Source of the DNA: Anaerolineales bacterium
GTDB lineage: Bacteria > Chloroflexota > Anaerolineae > Anaerolineales > UBA11579
Direction of reading: 5' to 3'
Assembly (NCBI GenBank): GCA_019637675.1
Contig: JAHBVE010000002.1
Coordinates: 608,156-672,155, forward strand
Length of the DNA: 64,000 nucleotides
The translations under genes were made by a program, and so were the position numbers. The notes under the pieces are model-generated. The model saw nothing but the letters and a program-made list of their open reading frames with translations. It made no database searches and was not told where the DNA came from. Positions 42,338 through 50,563 of this stretch are shown piece after piece. Each line of letters starts with the position of its first letter. The first letter of the stretch is position 1.

Positions 42338-43390
42338 ATGAAACCTTGGGCGTGGCTTGCAGCAGTTCTGCTGTTCACCGCGTGCGCTTCCCCCACCACG
42401 TTGCCAACCACACTGCCTGCCACCCCGGCGGGCAGTGCTGTACTCAAAGGCTATGGCATCTCGCCCCTCGGCTTTCCGGGCGATTTTAGCCAATACCCCC
42501 AGTTCCTCGCAGAAGTGGCCAGCCTGCCTAACGGCGCGGTCATGTTCAACGGCGCCTGGCGTGATGCAGCCGCCAGCAGCGGCCAACCGCCCCAGGCCGC
42601 CCTGGGCCTGATGCAGGCGGCCACCCAATACGGCTTTACCCCCATCATCGTATTTGGGTGGCGCAGCAGCGCCACTCAACTGCATCTGGATGTGCCCGCC
42701 AACCCCGCCCCAGACTGGAGCAATCTGGAAGCCCGCGCCCTATTCCTCCAAATGCTGGTGGAGTTTGCGGCTGAGCACCACCCTCCCTATCTGTTCCTCG
42801 GCAATGAGAATGATGACTATTACATCGCCCAGCCGCAGGACTATATGCGCTGGCTCGAGTTCTACGACCAGGCCTATGACGCCATCAAGGCCGTTTCGCC
42901 CGCTACCCAGGTTGGCCCCATCTTCCAGTACGAACGCCTGGCCGGCCTCGGCACGCTCAACGGATGGGATCAAGCCCACTGGGGCGCGCTGGATGTCCAC
43001 GATCTCACCAGGCTGGACATTCTGGGCATCACGCTCTACCCCTGGTTCAGCGCCGCCACGCCGGAGGAGCTGCCAGATGATTACCTGGCCCCGCTGTTAC
43101 AGCACGCAGGCGCCACACCCATCGCCATCACTGAAACCGGCTGGCCCGCCGAGACCCCCGGGCTTCAGGCGCCCTGGCACGCCAGCCCTGAGGCCCAGCT
43201 GCGCTATGTGGATGCCCTGGCGCGCATCACCCGCCCGGTTGATCTACGCATCCTCAACTGGTTGTTCATCAACCCCATCAACGCCAGCCCAGACTCTCTA
43301 GAAGTTCAGCTCTTCGGCAGCATCTCCCTGCGTGACCAAGCTGGCGAGCCGCGTCCCGTCTATCAAACCTGGGTGAATTTCCTGCCCTAA
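42338..43390 (+). CDS. putative clan GH-A (TIM-barrel) glycoside hydrolase lipoprotein
   Basis: The ATG at 42338 gives MKPWAWLAAVLLFTAC (lipobox). FLGNENDDYY (acid/base NE) and ITETGWPA (nucleophile E) are spaced as in GH-A enzymes. The family is not assignable by eye. Confidence 0.55.
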   Translation: MKPWAWLAAVLLFTACASPTTLPTTLPATPAGSAVLKGYGISPLGFPGDFSQYPQFLAEVASLPNGAVMFNGAWRDAAASSGQPPQAALGLMQAATQYGFTPIIVFGWRSSATQLHLDVPANPAPDWSNLEARALFLQMLVEFAAEHHPPYLFLGNENDDYYIAQPQDYMRWLEFYDQAYDAIKAVSPATQVGPIFQYERLAGLGTLNGWDQAHWGALDVHDLTRLDILGITLYPWFSAATPEELPDDYLAPLLQHAGATPIAITETGWPAETPGLQAPWHASPEAQLRYVDALARITRPVDLRILNWLFINPINASPDSLEVQLFGSISLRDQAGEPRPVYQTWVNFLP

Positions 43391-43410
43391 GCGCTGCTCA
43401 GCGCACAGGC

Positions 43411-44706
43411 CTATTCCCCAGGCCACACCAGGTGTGCACCCAAAACCTCTGTGGGAGGTAAAAAGTACACGCTCTCGGAGGATACGGAATATTCATACAG
43501 TATTTCTGCTGTAGCCAGATCCACGACCACGGCGCTTTCCACTAGATAAACATAGTCTTCAGGTTGCGTAAATCGAAAACCCACAAAAGCAGTTCCATCC
43601 GGGCTGACGGCTACGGGCAGCACGTCTGGCAGCGTATTGGTCACCTCGCCTTCCACCACTGTGAAGGGCAGTTCACCCGAGGGGCTCCAGGCGGAGTAAA
43701 GCTGCAATCGGGAGTCTTGATAATCAGGTCCTGCTGCGCTCTCTAGCACAAACAGCAGATAGTCTCCTCGCTGCCACAGCGGGAACAGCTTGGCCACCTC
43801 CGGGTTATAGGTCTCCTGCGTCAGCGAGCGTTCCGTCTGGAAGGTGGCCACATGCGCCAGCAACTCCACCGTCCCGCTATCAATAAGGTCGTAGTAATAC
43901 CGGCCGGCGCTGCGCTGGGAAGACTGGTAGTCGCGCACCTGGCCCAGTTCCGGATGTACGCATACATACCAGCACGCAGGGGAGTTAAAGTCTGGCTTAA
44001 GACCGTCGTGTGTGAGTGAGACCTCGAGTGCTTCATACCTGGGGCTGGGCCAAACCGTCTCCTGGCCTGTAGTCAGGTCGTAGGTAGCACGCAAATTGCC
44101 GCTTACGTAACTCACAATGTCTTCTGTGCTCGACCAGTTAACAACGCGAGCATCAGCAACATGCGTTAGGTCGCCGGTTTCCAGACTGTACGCCCACAGC
44201 GAGTTTAGACCGGCATTGTGCGTTTGGAAGTTCAGCCATTGCTGGCTGGGCGACCATACCGCCTGCCCCAGAGTACCCTCTGCAGTCACTTGCGCGGACA
44301 GGTCAATGGCGCGGCTCTCCCCGCTTTCCAGGTCATAGATCATGCCTGCCCTGCCAAGATTGACAGAATTGAACAGCATGCGGCCATCCGGAGAGAGCGC
44401 CATCCTCCACGAGTCCTCGACGGGAATCGTAGCCACAACTTCCTCGCTCCCCAATTCGATCACGCGGATGACCAGCTGCTCGCCCTCGTAGCCCCATATC
44501 GCCAGGCGCGGGTTGGGGCCGCTGTAGGGCAGCGGCGCCGCCGTCGGGCTGGGCTCGGCCGTGGGCTCAGCGGCCACCGTAGCGGTGGCCGCGGCTACGA
44601 TGGCCGCGCCCGTCTCAGCCGGCACCGGCGGCGTGTCCGCCGGCGCAGAGCCACAGCTGCTCAGCAGGACCAAACACAAGAGTGAAAGCAGAATAGGGTT
44701 TCGCAT
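43411..44706 (-). CDS. hypothetical lipoprotein with WD40-like/PD40-type beta-propeller repeats
   Basis: MRNPILLSLLCLVLLSSC (lipobox). Recurrent SPDG-type motifs are present (LSPDGRMLF, VSPDGTAFV, WSPSQQW). The gene looks visibly AT-richer than its neighbours. Confidence 0.55.
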   Translation of the reverse strand: MRNPILLSLLCLVLLSSCGSAPADTPPVPAETGAAIVAAATATVAAEPTAEPSPTAAPLPYSGPNPRLAIWGYEGEQLVIRVIELGSEEVVATIPVEDSWRMALSPDGRMLFNSVNLGRAGMIYDLESGESRAIDLSAQVTAEGTLGQAVWSPSQQWLNFQTHNAGLNSLWAYSLETGDLTHVADARVVNWSSTEDIVSYVSGNLRATYDLTTGQETVWPSPRYEALEVSLTHDGLKPDFNSPACWYVCVHPELGQVRDYQSSQRSAGRYYYDLIDSGTVELLAHVATFQTERSLTQETYNPEVAKLFPLWQRGDYLLFVLESAAGPDYQDSRLQLYSAWSPSGELPFTVVEGEVTNTLPDVLPVAVSPDGTAFVGFRFTQPEDYVYLVESAVVVDLATAEILYEYSVSSESVYFLPPTEVLGAHLVWPGE

Positions 44707-44819
44707 CGTTCTTTTCTCCCTTACGCTATTACTTTAACAGCCAATCTGCTCACAGCGACGCTCACAAAGGTACTAATTTGCTGCTTGCCCCAGGCAACTC
44801 ACATATCCACGGCCGCCGA

Positions 44820-44825
44820 TATAAT
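44820..44825 (+). promoter_or_regulatory. candidate -10 box (TATAAT) for the DsbA-family gene
   Basis: TATAAT lies 29 nt upstream of the ATG, with AAGGAA as a possible RBS in between. No convincing -35 box. Confidence 0.35.
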
Positions 44826-44854
44826 CAGCCCACATCGAAGCAAAGGAAAACAAA

Positions 44855-45505
44855 ATGAAGATTGATATCTGGAGCGACATCGCCTGCCCATTCTGCTATG
44901 CAGGCACCACCCAGCTGCATCAGGCCCTGGCGGGCTTTCAACACAAGGATCAGGTCGAGCTTGTCTATCACAGCTTCCAGCTCGACCCTGCCGCCCCCTT
45001 TGAACCCAGCCAGAGCATCAACGCCATGCTGGCGGCCAAGCGCGGCATCTCAGAAGAGCAAGCCGATCAAATGAACCAGCAGGTCGGGCAGATGTTTGCC
45101 GGCCTGGGCCTCAGCATGAACCACCACGACGCCAAGCTGGTCAACACCCTGCACGCCCACCGCCTGGCCCACTTCGCCGCCGCCCACGGCCAGCAGGAGG
45201 CCATGCTGGCTCGTCTGTTCAAGGCCTATTTCACCGATGGGCTCAACACCGCCGACACAGACACCCTCGTGCAGCTGGCCGCCGAAGCCGGGCTCGACCC
45301 TGCCGCAGCCCGCGCCGCGCTCGAGTCAGACGCCTACACCGCCGAAGTCCAGGCCGATGTTGACCAGGCCGCCCAATACGGCATCCACGGCGTGCCCTTC
45401 TTCATATTCGATAACAAGTACGCCGTCTCCGGCGCCCAGGGCACCGAAAACTTCCGCCAGGCCCTCGACCAAATCTGGCAAGAGCTGCACGCCACCGCCG
45501 CCTAG
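44855..45505 (+). CDS. DsbA-family (FrnE-like) thiol:disulfide oxidoreductase
   Basis: MKIDIWSDIACPFCY (CPFC active site); the C-terminal block reads GIHGVPFFIFDNKYAVSGAQ. Confidence 0.85.
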   Translation: MKIDIWSDIACPFCYAGTTQLHQALAGFQHKDQVELVYHSFQLDPAAPFEPSQSINAMLAAKRGISEEQADQMNQQVGQMFAGLGLSMNHHDAKLVNTLHAHRLAHFAAAHGQQEAMLARLFKAYFTDGLNTADTDTLVQLAAEAGLDPAAARAALESDAYTAEVQADVDQAAQYGIHGVPFFIFDNKYAVSGAQGTENFRQALDQIWQELHATAA

Positions 45506-45534
45506 TCCGCTCCGCCCTGAGGAGCGCCCAGCTC

Positions 45535-45806
45535 CATCATTGCGAGGAGGGCTGGCCAACTCCGTTACTGGAGGAGTGCTAGCGCCTAAGTCCGTCATTG
45601 CGAGGAGTATTCCAGCGCGCAAGCGCTGGAAACGGACGAAGCAATCTGGTTTCCTACTCCCCGTCCAGCCGCTTGACAAACACCCATACGCCTTGCCCTC
45701 TTCGCCACCCCGCGTTATAGATGCCGCATGCAAACTCCACTCTACCGTCTTTGCGAGGAGCGCTGAAAGTTGCATGAACATACAACTTTCAGCCCCGAAA
45801 GCAATC
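45535..45806. repeat. three copies of a GTC(A/T)TTGCGAGGAG - variable hairpin - CGAA(A)GCAATC stem-loop element
   Basis: 45535-45550 is a partial copy. 45594-45646 has the inner hairpin TTCCAGCGC-GCAA-GCGCTGGAA. 45747-45806 has the inner hairpin CTGAAAGTTG...CAACTTTCAG. The outer ATTGC/GCAAT ends can also pair. Confidence 0.7.
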
Positions 45807-45814
45807 CCAGCTTT

Positions 45815-46015
45815 ATCTGCGTTCATCTGTGGATAATCTCTCTATCAACTCAGAACATATAGATAAAAATCTTTTCTTTGTGCCCTTCGTGTCTTTGTGG
45901 TTAGGCTTTTATCCGCGTTCATCTGTGTCTATCTGTGGATGAAGAAAGAAGAAACCCTTGGTTTATCCGTGTCCATCCAAGCCTGCATCCGTGTTCATCT
46001 GTGGATCCATCCCTC
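45815..46015. repeat. decamer-array and TTCTTTGTGCCC repeat block (second copy of the 39043-39106 composite)
   Basis: 45815-45834 reads ATCTGCGTTCATCTGTGGAT. 45874-45940 holds the TTCTTTGTGCCCTTCGTGTCTTTGTGG module plus ATCCGCGTTCATCTGTGTCTATCTGTGGAT. 45965-46015 holds further decamer copies. Confidence 0.75.
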
Positions 46016-46106
46016 CGAAACGGCAAAGCAAGTTGTTAGTAATAAGTTTTAACCCCCACCCCTTTCGCGCAATAATAACTTTCATCCACTGGGTAAACTA
46101 CTGCCT

Positions 46107-47168
46107 GTGAACCACCGCCCACCTCGCCTGGCGCTTCTACTCCTGTTCACCCTGCTGGCCGCCTGCAACTTCCCGTTGGCCAACAACCCCGCCGGCCTGC
46201 CCGGCCCCCAGATCGCCCTGGTGACCGCCACGCCCACCCTCACTCCCAGCGTCACCCCCACGCCCACCCTCACTCCCACCGCCACGCCCATCCCTCCGCA
46301 CCCGCTCAGCATCGACTACCTGCGCGGCCAGCAATACCCCGCTTCCCAGCTCACCATCGAAGAAGCGCTCGAAACCGGCGGCAACTACTCGCGCTACATT
46401 GCTTCCTATATGTCAGAGGGGCTCAAGCAATACGGGCTGCTCACCATCCCCTTTGGCGAGAAGCCCGCAACCGGCTGGCCGGTCATCATCTTCAACCACG
46501 GCTACATCCCCCCGGATGTCTACCGCACCACTGAGCGCTACCTGGCCTACATGGAGCGCTTCTCGCGCGCCGGCTACATCGTCTTCCGGCCAGACTATCG
46601 CGGCCATGACCGCTCCGAGGGTCTCGCCCGCGGCGCCTACGGCCGGCCCGACTACGTCATCGATGTGCTCAACGCCACCGCCGCCCTCAAGGCCTATCCG
46701 GACGCCGACCCCGACCGCATCGGGATGTGGGGCCATTCCATGGGCGGCTACATCACGCTGCGTGCCATGGTAGTGGATGCCGATATCAAGGCTGGGGTCA
46801 TCTGGGCCGGCGTCATCTCCGCCTATGCCGACATGGTGGATATCAACGGCCGCCCGCGCTTCGGCACCCGCAGCCTGCTGGAGGAGTACGGCTCGCCCGA
46901 AACCGATCCTGCTTTCTGGGCCTCCATCTCTGCCAACTCCTACCTGGCCGAGCTTTCCGGCCCGCTGCAACTGCACCACGGCACCAGCGATGCCACCGTG
47001 CCGGTCTTCATGTCCTACCAGGTGGCCGAGCAAGCCCGCGCTGCTGGGCAGATCGCCGAACTCTACATATACGATGGCGACGACCACAACATCATCAACT
47101 ATTTTCCGGCCGCCATCCGCCGCTCAGTCGAGTTCTTCGATCAGTACGTCAAAGGCCCGCAGCCTTAG
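46107..47168 (+). CDS. alpha/beta-hydrolase, S9 prolyl-oligopeptidase/dienelactone-hydrolase-like lipoprotein
   Basis: GTG start. Lipobox LLAAC is followed by a TPTLTP linker. GHSMGG is the nucleophile elbow, and GTSDATVP plus GDDHN are candidate Asp/His positions. Confidence 0.8.
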   Translation: MNHRPPRLALLLLFTLLAACNFPLANNPAGLPGPQIALVTATPTLTPSVTPTPTLTPTATPIPPHPLSIDYLRGQQYPASQLTIEEALETGGNYSRYIASYMSEGLKQYGLLTIPFGEKPATGWPVIIFNHGYIPPDVYRTTERYLAYMERFSRAGYIVFRPDYRGHDRSEGLARGAYGRPDYVIDVLNATAALKAYPDADPDRIGMWGHSMGGYITLRAMVVDADIKAGVIWAGVISAYADMVDINGRPRFGTRSLLEEYGSPETDPAFWASISANSYLAELSGPLQLHHGTSDATVPVFMSYQVAEQARAAGQIAELYIYDGDDHNIINYFPAAIRRSVEFFDQYVKGPQP

Positions 47169-48151
47169 TCGAGGAAGCGCGGCTTGCGTTTCAACTCGCC
47201 GTTCTGCCAATACCAGGCCAGCGTAGTGCGCAGCGCCTCGTCCACCGGCGTGTACGCAAGCCCCAGCTCACGCTGGGCCTTGCTCCCATCGAACAGCGTG
47301 CCCTGCGTGCCAGACTTGTACTGCATCACTGAGACCATCGGCAGCTTGCCGGTCAGGCCTGACACCCCTTCCATCAGGATCGCCGTGGCATGGATCATCG
47401 GCCCGGGCAGGAACGGCGGCAGCTTGCCGCCGCCCAGCGCCACCATCTTGCCGAAGAAATCCTTGTATCCAATGTTCTGCTCCGCCAGGATATAGCGTTC
47501 GCCGGCGGCTGCCTTCGTAGCGGCCAGGATGTGCGCCCGCGCCACATCCACCACATATACGATGGCGAAGGTCGCATGCCACGCCGAGGGCAATGTGCCG
47601 TTGAGCAGCGCCACGATCGAGCGCCCCAGCGGCTTGGTGTCCCGCGGCCCGTACACGTTGGACGGGTTGAGGAACACCACATCCAAGCCCTTGGCGATGT
47701 AGCTCCGCGCCAGCGCTTCCGACTCCTGCTTGGAGCGATAGTACACATCCGGCAGCGGCCCCGTGCCGCTGGCCTCCGTCACCGTCTGGTTGCGCGGCAG
47801 GCCAAACACCGCCCCCGAGCTGGTGTGCAGCACTTTGCGCACGCCTGCCGCCAGGGCCGCATCCAGCACATTGCGCGTCCCCTGGTTGGCCGTCTCCAGC
47901 ATCAGCTGCGGGTCGGCCGTCCACACCTCGAACTGGGCCGCGGCGTGATACAGCGTATGCACGCCTTTCATCGCCTGGGCCAGCGAGTCCTTGTCGAGCA
48001 CATCGCCATACACGATCTCGGCCCCTTTCAAGTGCTCGCCCAATGTGCTGCTGCGCCGCGCCAACACGCGCACAGGTTGGCCATCCGCCAACAGCTGCTC
48101 CACAATATGCCCGCCAATAAATCCAGTGCCACCGGTTACCAGGTTCGTCAT
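47165..48151 (-). CDS. NAD-dependent epimerase/dehydratase family SDR (dihydroflavonol-reductase/HpnA-like)
   Basis: LVTGGTGFIGGHIV and YYRSKQESE (YxxxK). Its stop codon overlaps the convergent stop of the S9 gene (TTAG). Confidence 0.85.
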   Translation of the reverse strand: MTNLVTGGTGFIGGHIVEQLLADGQPVRVLARRSSTLGEHLKGAEIVYGDVLDKDSLAQAMKGVHTLYHAAAQFEVWTADPQLMLETANQGTRNVLDAALAAGVRKVLHTSSGAVFGLPRNQTVTEASGTGPLPDVYYRSKQESEALARSYIAKGLDVVFLNPSNVYGPRDTKPLGRSIVALLNGTLPSAWHATFAIVYVVDVARAHILAATKAAAGERYILAEQNIGYKDFFGKMVALGGGKLPPFLPGPMIHATAILMEGVSGLTGKLPMVSVMQYKSGTQGTLFDGSKAQRELGLAYTPVDEALRTTLAWYWQNGELKRKPRFLD

Positions 48152-48265
48152 CGCATCTCCATAGTTGCCAAAGCGGAATTATATGCCGCAAAGTTTCACT
48201 CCCTTTGAAGATGCTGCTAAACCGCCCCACTAGAGCTAATCCCAAGAGCCGCGCATAATGCTGGC

Positions 48266-49237
48266 ATGAAAGGTACACCTATGCACACTCGATCTCACCT
48301 TATTGCTTTGCTGGCGCTGCTGGGCATTCTCATGGCAGCCTGTGGCGGCAACATTGAAACCAAGCCACTGGTGGTCGTGAGTGAAACCACCACCACTCGC
48401 ACCATCGAGCACACCTTCGGCACTACCGAAATCCCCACAAACCCGCAGCGCGTCATTACCCTGGGCGAGGAAGGCATGCTGGCCGACCTGCTCGACGCCG
48501 GCATCACGCCGGTCGCTTCCATCGTCAACCTGCCCGAGGATCTGCCTGCATTTATCAACTCAGAGGAAGTTACGAACGTTGAGTTGTACTCCTCATCAAC
48601 CAACGCATCCATCGAGCGCCTGGCTGCCCTGGAGCCGGATCTGATCATTGGGACTGCATTCTTCATAGATCAGATTGGATACGAGACGCTCTCGCAAATG
48701 GCGCCCACCATCGCCGTGGGCGGCAGCAATGAAATAGAGAATTACGCCCAAACCTTAACGGCCTTGGGCTTGGCCGAGCAAGCCGCCAGCGATCTGGCCG
48801 TCTTTGACGCCGCCCTGGCCGCCGCCCGCAGCCAACTGGGCAGCGGAGCCAGTGCCTCAGTGGTGGTCATCTACCCCGGCAATAGCGTAGCTGTGTTGAC
48901 AGACCGCCCGCGCACGGTGCCCTGGCTACTGCGCGAGTTGGGCGTTACTTTGCACCCGGATGGCAGCGAAGATGGCCTGAGCGTGCGCACTGGCCGCGCT
49001 TTCATCAGCCTCGAGCGGCTGGACCTGCTCTCCGGAGCGCATCTGTTCCTGCTGCAAAGTGATGGTGTGGAGGGAGAAGCCGAATCGGTGGCCGAAGTCA
49101 GCGCCAACCCGCTCTGGCAGCAGATCCCGGCTGTGCAAGCCGGCAACGTCACCGTGCTGGACCGCCTGGGCTACCCCGGCTTCCGCGGCGTGAACGCGCT
49201 GCTGGAGGACTTGGTCGGCGCATTGGATAACCAATAG
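48266..49237 (+). CDS. ABC-transporter substrate-binding lipoprotein, iron-siderophore/cobalamin (Peripla_BP_2) class
   Basis: Lipobox LMAAC. PQRVITLGEEGMLADLLDAGITPVA and LEPDLIIG are typical of FhuD/FecB-like binding proteins. No permease or ATPase gene is adjacent. Confidence 0.75.
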   Translation: MKGTPMHTRSHLIALLALLGILMAACGGNIETKPLVVVSETTTTRTIEHTFGTTEIPTNPQRVITLGEEGMLADLLDAGITPVASIVNLPEDLPAFINSEEVTNVELYSSSTNASIERLAALEPDLIIGTAFFIDQIGYETLSQMAPTIAVGGSNEIENYAQTLTALGLAEQAASDLAVFDAALAAARSQLGSGASASVVVIYPGNSVAVLTDRPRTVPWLLRELGVTLHPDGSEDGLSVRTGRAFISLERLDLLSGAHLFLLQSDGVEGEAESVAEVSANPLWQQIPAVQAGNVTVLDRLGYPGFRGVNALLEDLVGALDNQ

Positions 49238-49266
49238 CAATGCCGTAAAAAGGATTCACGTTTTGA

Positions 49267-49308
49267 CAAGCAAAAAAAGACCGCGAAATGCGGTCTTTTT
49301 TTTGCTTG
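49267..49308 (+). terminator. rho-independent terminator
   Basis: CAAGCAAAAAAAGACCGC-GAAAT-GCGGTCTTTTTTTTGCTTG: a long stem with an embedded T-run. Confidence 0.85.
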
Positions 49309-49354
49309 TTGACGCCAGGGCGGTACATCGTTTATATTTAGGTATAACTAAATA

Positions 49355-49867
49355 TTGAGGCTGCTGGTGATACCCCTTTCCACAACACTCCTTCACGCAC
49401 TACTTCTTTGCATTCCATTCACGATCTTCGTGTTGGTCAGCTTCTGGGGTTGGCCGCGCCTCTGGCTGCATAGCCTGCCCGAGGATATAGCGAAAATGGC
49501 TGGGCCAAAGACGGCCGCCGAGCAACGCGCCACCAAGTTTCTGTTGGTGCCGTATCTGCTGATCCTGCCCGGACTATCCGTGGCGTCGGCCGTCTACTCA
49601 GCTCAGTCGGCTAACATCGATCTGAGCTTCGTCGGAGCACTGGTGCACCTTTACCTGATCATGATCGTGGTGCATGTCTACGATTTTGCAGTGATCGACT
49701 TCGTGCATACACTTCTGATCGATCCGGCCAATCCGCCAATAAAGGGCACTGAGGGAGCGCGCGGCTGGAAGGACATGCGCTTTCACTTCCGCTCCCTGCT
49801 CAAAGCAATACCCAACAGCGCTATCTTTGTGGTGCCCGCAGCGCTACTTGTTTCGCTGTTTGTGTAA
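49355..49867 (+). CDS. hypothetical membrane protein
   Basis: 170-aa ORF with a TTG start and 4-5 hydrophobic segments. I recognise no motif. It is AT-richer by eye and is bracketed by two strong terminators. Confidence 0.5.
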   Translation: MRLLVIPLSTTLLHALLLCIPFTIFVLVSFWGWPRLWLHSLPEDIAKMAGPKTAAEQRATKFLLVPYLLILPGLSVASAVYSAQSANIDLSFVGALVHLYLIMIVVHVYDFAVIDFVHTLLIDPANPPIKGTEGARGWKDMRFHFRSLLKAIPNSAIFVVPAALLVSLFV

Positions 49868-49902
49868 CAAAAAACCGCCAGTTGGCGGTCTTTTTGTTTT
49901 TT
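49868..49902. terminator. bidirectional rho-independent terminator (membrane-protein gene / tRNA-Lys)
   Basis: CAAAAAACCGCC-AGTT-GGCGGTCTTTTTGTTTTTT: an A-run and a T-run flank the stem. Confidence 0.8.
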
Positions 49903-49903
49903 A

Positions 49904-49975
49904 TGGACGCGACAGGAGTCGAACCTGCAACCGTTGGCTTAAAAGGCCACTGCTCTGCCATTGAGCTACGCGTCC
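49904..49975 (-). tRNA. tRNA-Lys (anticodon UUU)
   Basis: The reverse complement folds as a cloverleaf. Acceptor stem GGACGCG/CGCGTCC, D arm GCTC-AATGGCA-GAGC, anticodon loop CTTTTAA, T arm GCAGG-TTCGACT-CCTGT, discriminator A. No encoded CCA. Confidence 0.95.
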
Positions 49976-49987
49976 GGTAACCAGACG

Positions 49988-49996
49988 ATTTTATCA
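49988..49996 (-). promoter_or_regulatory. candidate extended -10 promoter for tRNA-Lys
   Basis: The minus strand reads TGATAAAAT and ends 12 nt before the mature tRNA 5' end. Confidence 0.4.
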
Positions 49997-50026
49997 TGCC
50001 ATCCAAAGCCGCCCTGCCGCCCGTGC

Positions 50027-50055
50027 TTGACAGCCATTCGCCCGCTTGCTAGTAT
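50027..50055 (+). promoter_or_regulatory. sigma-70-type promoter of trxA
   Basis: TTGACA (50027-50032), 17-nt spacer ending in TGC, TAGTAT (50050-50055). The ATG is 44 nt downstream and is preceded by GGAGAG. Confidence 0.65.
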
Positions 50056-50098
50056 TCCATCCCCGCGCACGCGTGGCCCACTATCCCAACGGAGAGCC

Positions 50099-50428
50099 AT
50101 GAGCACCCTGAAAGCGATCGACAGCCAGAGTTTTAATGCTGAAGTGCTGCAAGCCGAGAAGCCCGTCCTGGTGGAATTCGGCGCGGTGTGGTGCCAGCCC
50201 TGCCGCATCCTCGAACCCGTGCTCGAAGAATTGGCCGGCGAATGGGGCGACGCGGTGACCGTTGCCAAGCTGGACGTGGACGAGGCTGCCGAGCTCACCC
50301 AGGACTATCAGGTGCTCAGTGTTCCCACCGTCATGCTGTTCAAGAACGGCAAGATCGTCGAGCGCATGACCGGCTATCAGCCCAAAGACAAAATTCAAGA
50401 CAAGATCGAGCCGCACATTAGTAGTTAG
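50099..50428 (+). CDS. trxA: thioredoxin
   Basis: 109 aa: FNAEVLQAEKPVLVEFGAVWCQPCRILEP...LSVPTVMLFKNG. The active site is CQPC rather than the canonical CGPC. The longer track ORF starts inside the tRNA gene. Confidence 0.9.
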   Translation: MSTLKAIDSQSFNAEVLQAEKPVLVEFGAVWCQPCRILEPVLEELAGEWGDAVTVAKLDVDEAAELTQDYQVLSVPTVMLFKNGKIVERMTGYQPKDKIQDKIEPHISS

Positions 50429-50451
50429 CTATCAGCGGTCAGCTGTCAGAC

Positions 50452-50489
50452 AAAAAAAGAGAGCGGCGCCTTGGCGCCGCTCTCTTTTT
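50452..50489. terminator. bidirectional rho-independent terminator (trxA / metK)
   Basis: AAAAAAAGAGAGCGGCGC-CTTG-GCGCCGCTCTCTTTTT. Confidence 0.85.
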
Positions 50490-50563
50490 AGTTGCATATC
50501 AAGCCGGCGTTGCGTAGCTCGGCGCAGCCGAGCAGCAAGGCCAAAGAGTTCGCGAAGCGAACT

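Noticed and set aside
46228-46278. A 21-nt direct repeat with a 30-nt period (CCACGCCCACCCTCACTCCCA, two copies).
   Set aside because: It lies inside the S9 hydrolase gene and encodes a duplicated TPTLTP(S/T) linker after the lipobox. This is an ordinary low-complexity Pro/Thr linker, not a mobile or regulatory repeat.
47165-47168. Convergent genes whose stop codons overlap (TTAG) with no terminator between them.
   Set aside because: This is a real feature of the sequence but a trivial consequence of compact packing. No further structure was seen.
49961-50098. A 46-codon N-terminal extension of the thioredoxin ORF (track start 49961).
   Set aside because: - It begins with a TTG inside the tRNA-Lys gene and runs through the trxA promoter.
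- The ATG at 50099, preceded by a GGAGAG RBS, gives a canonical 109-aa thioredoxin.
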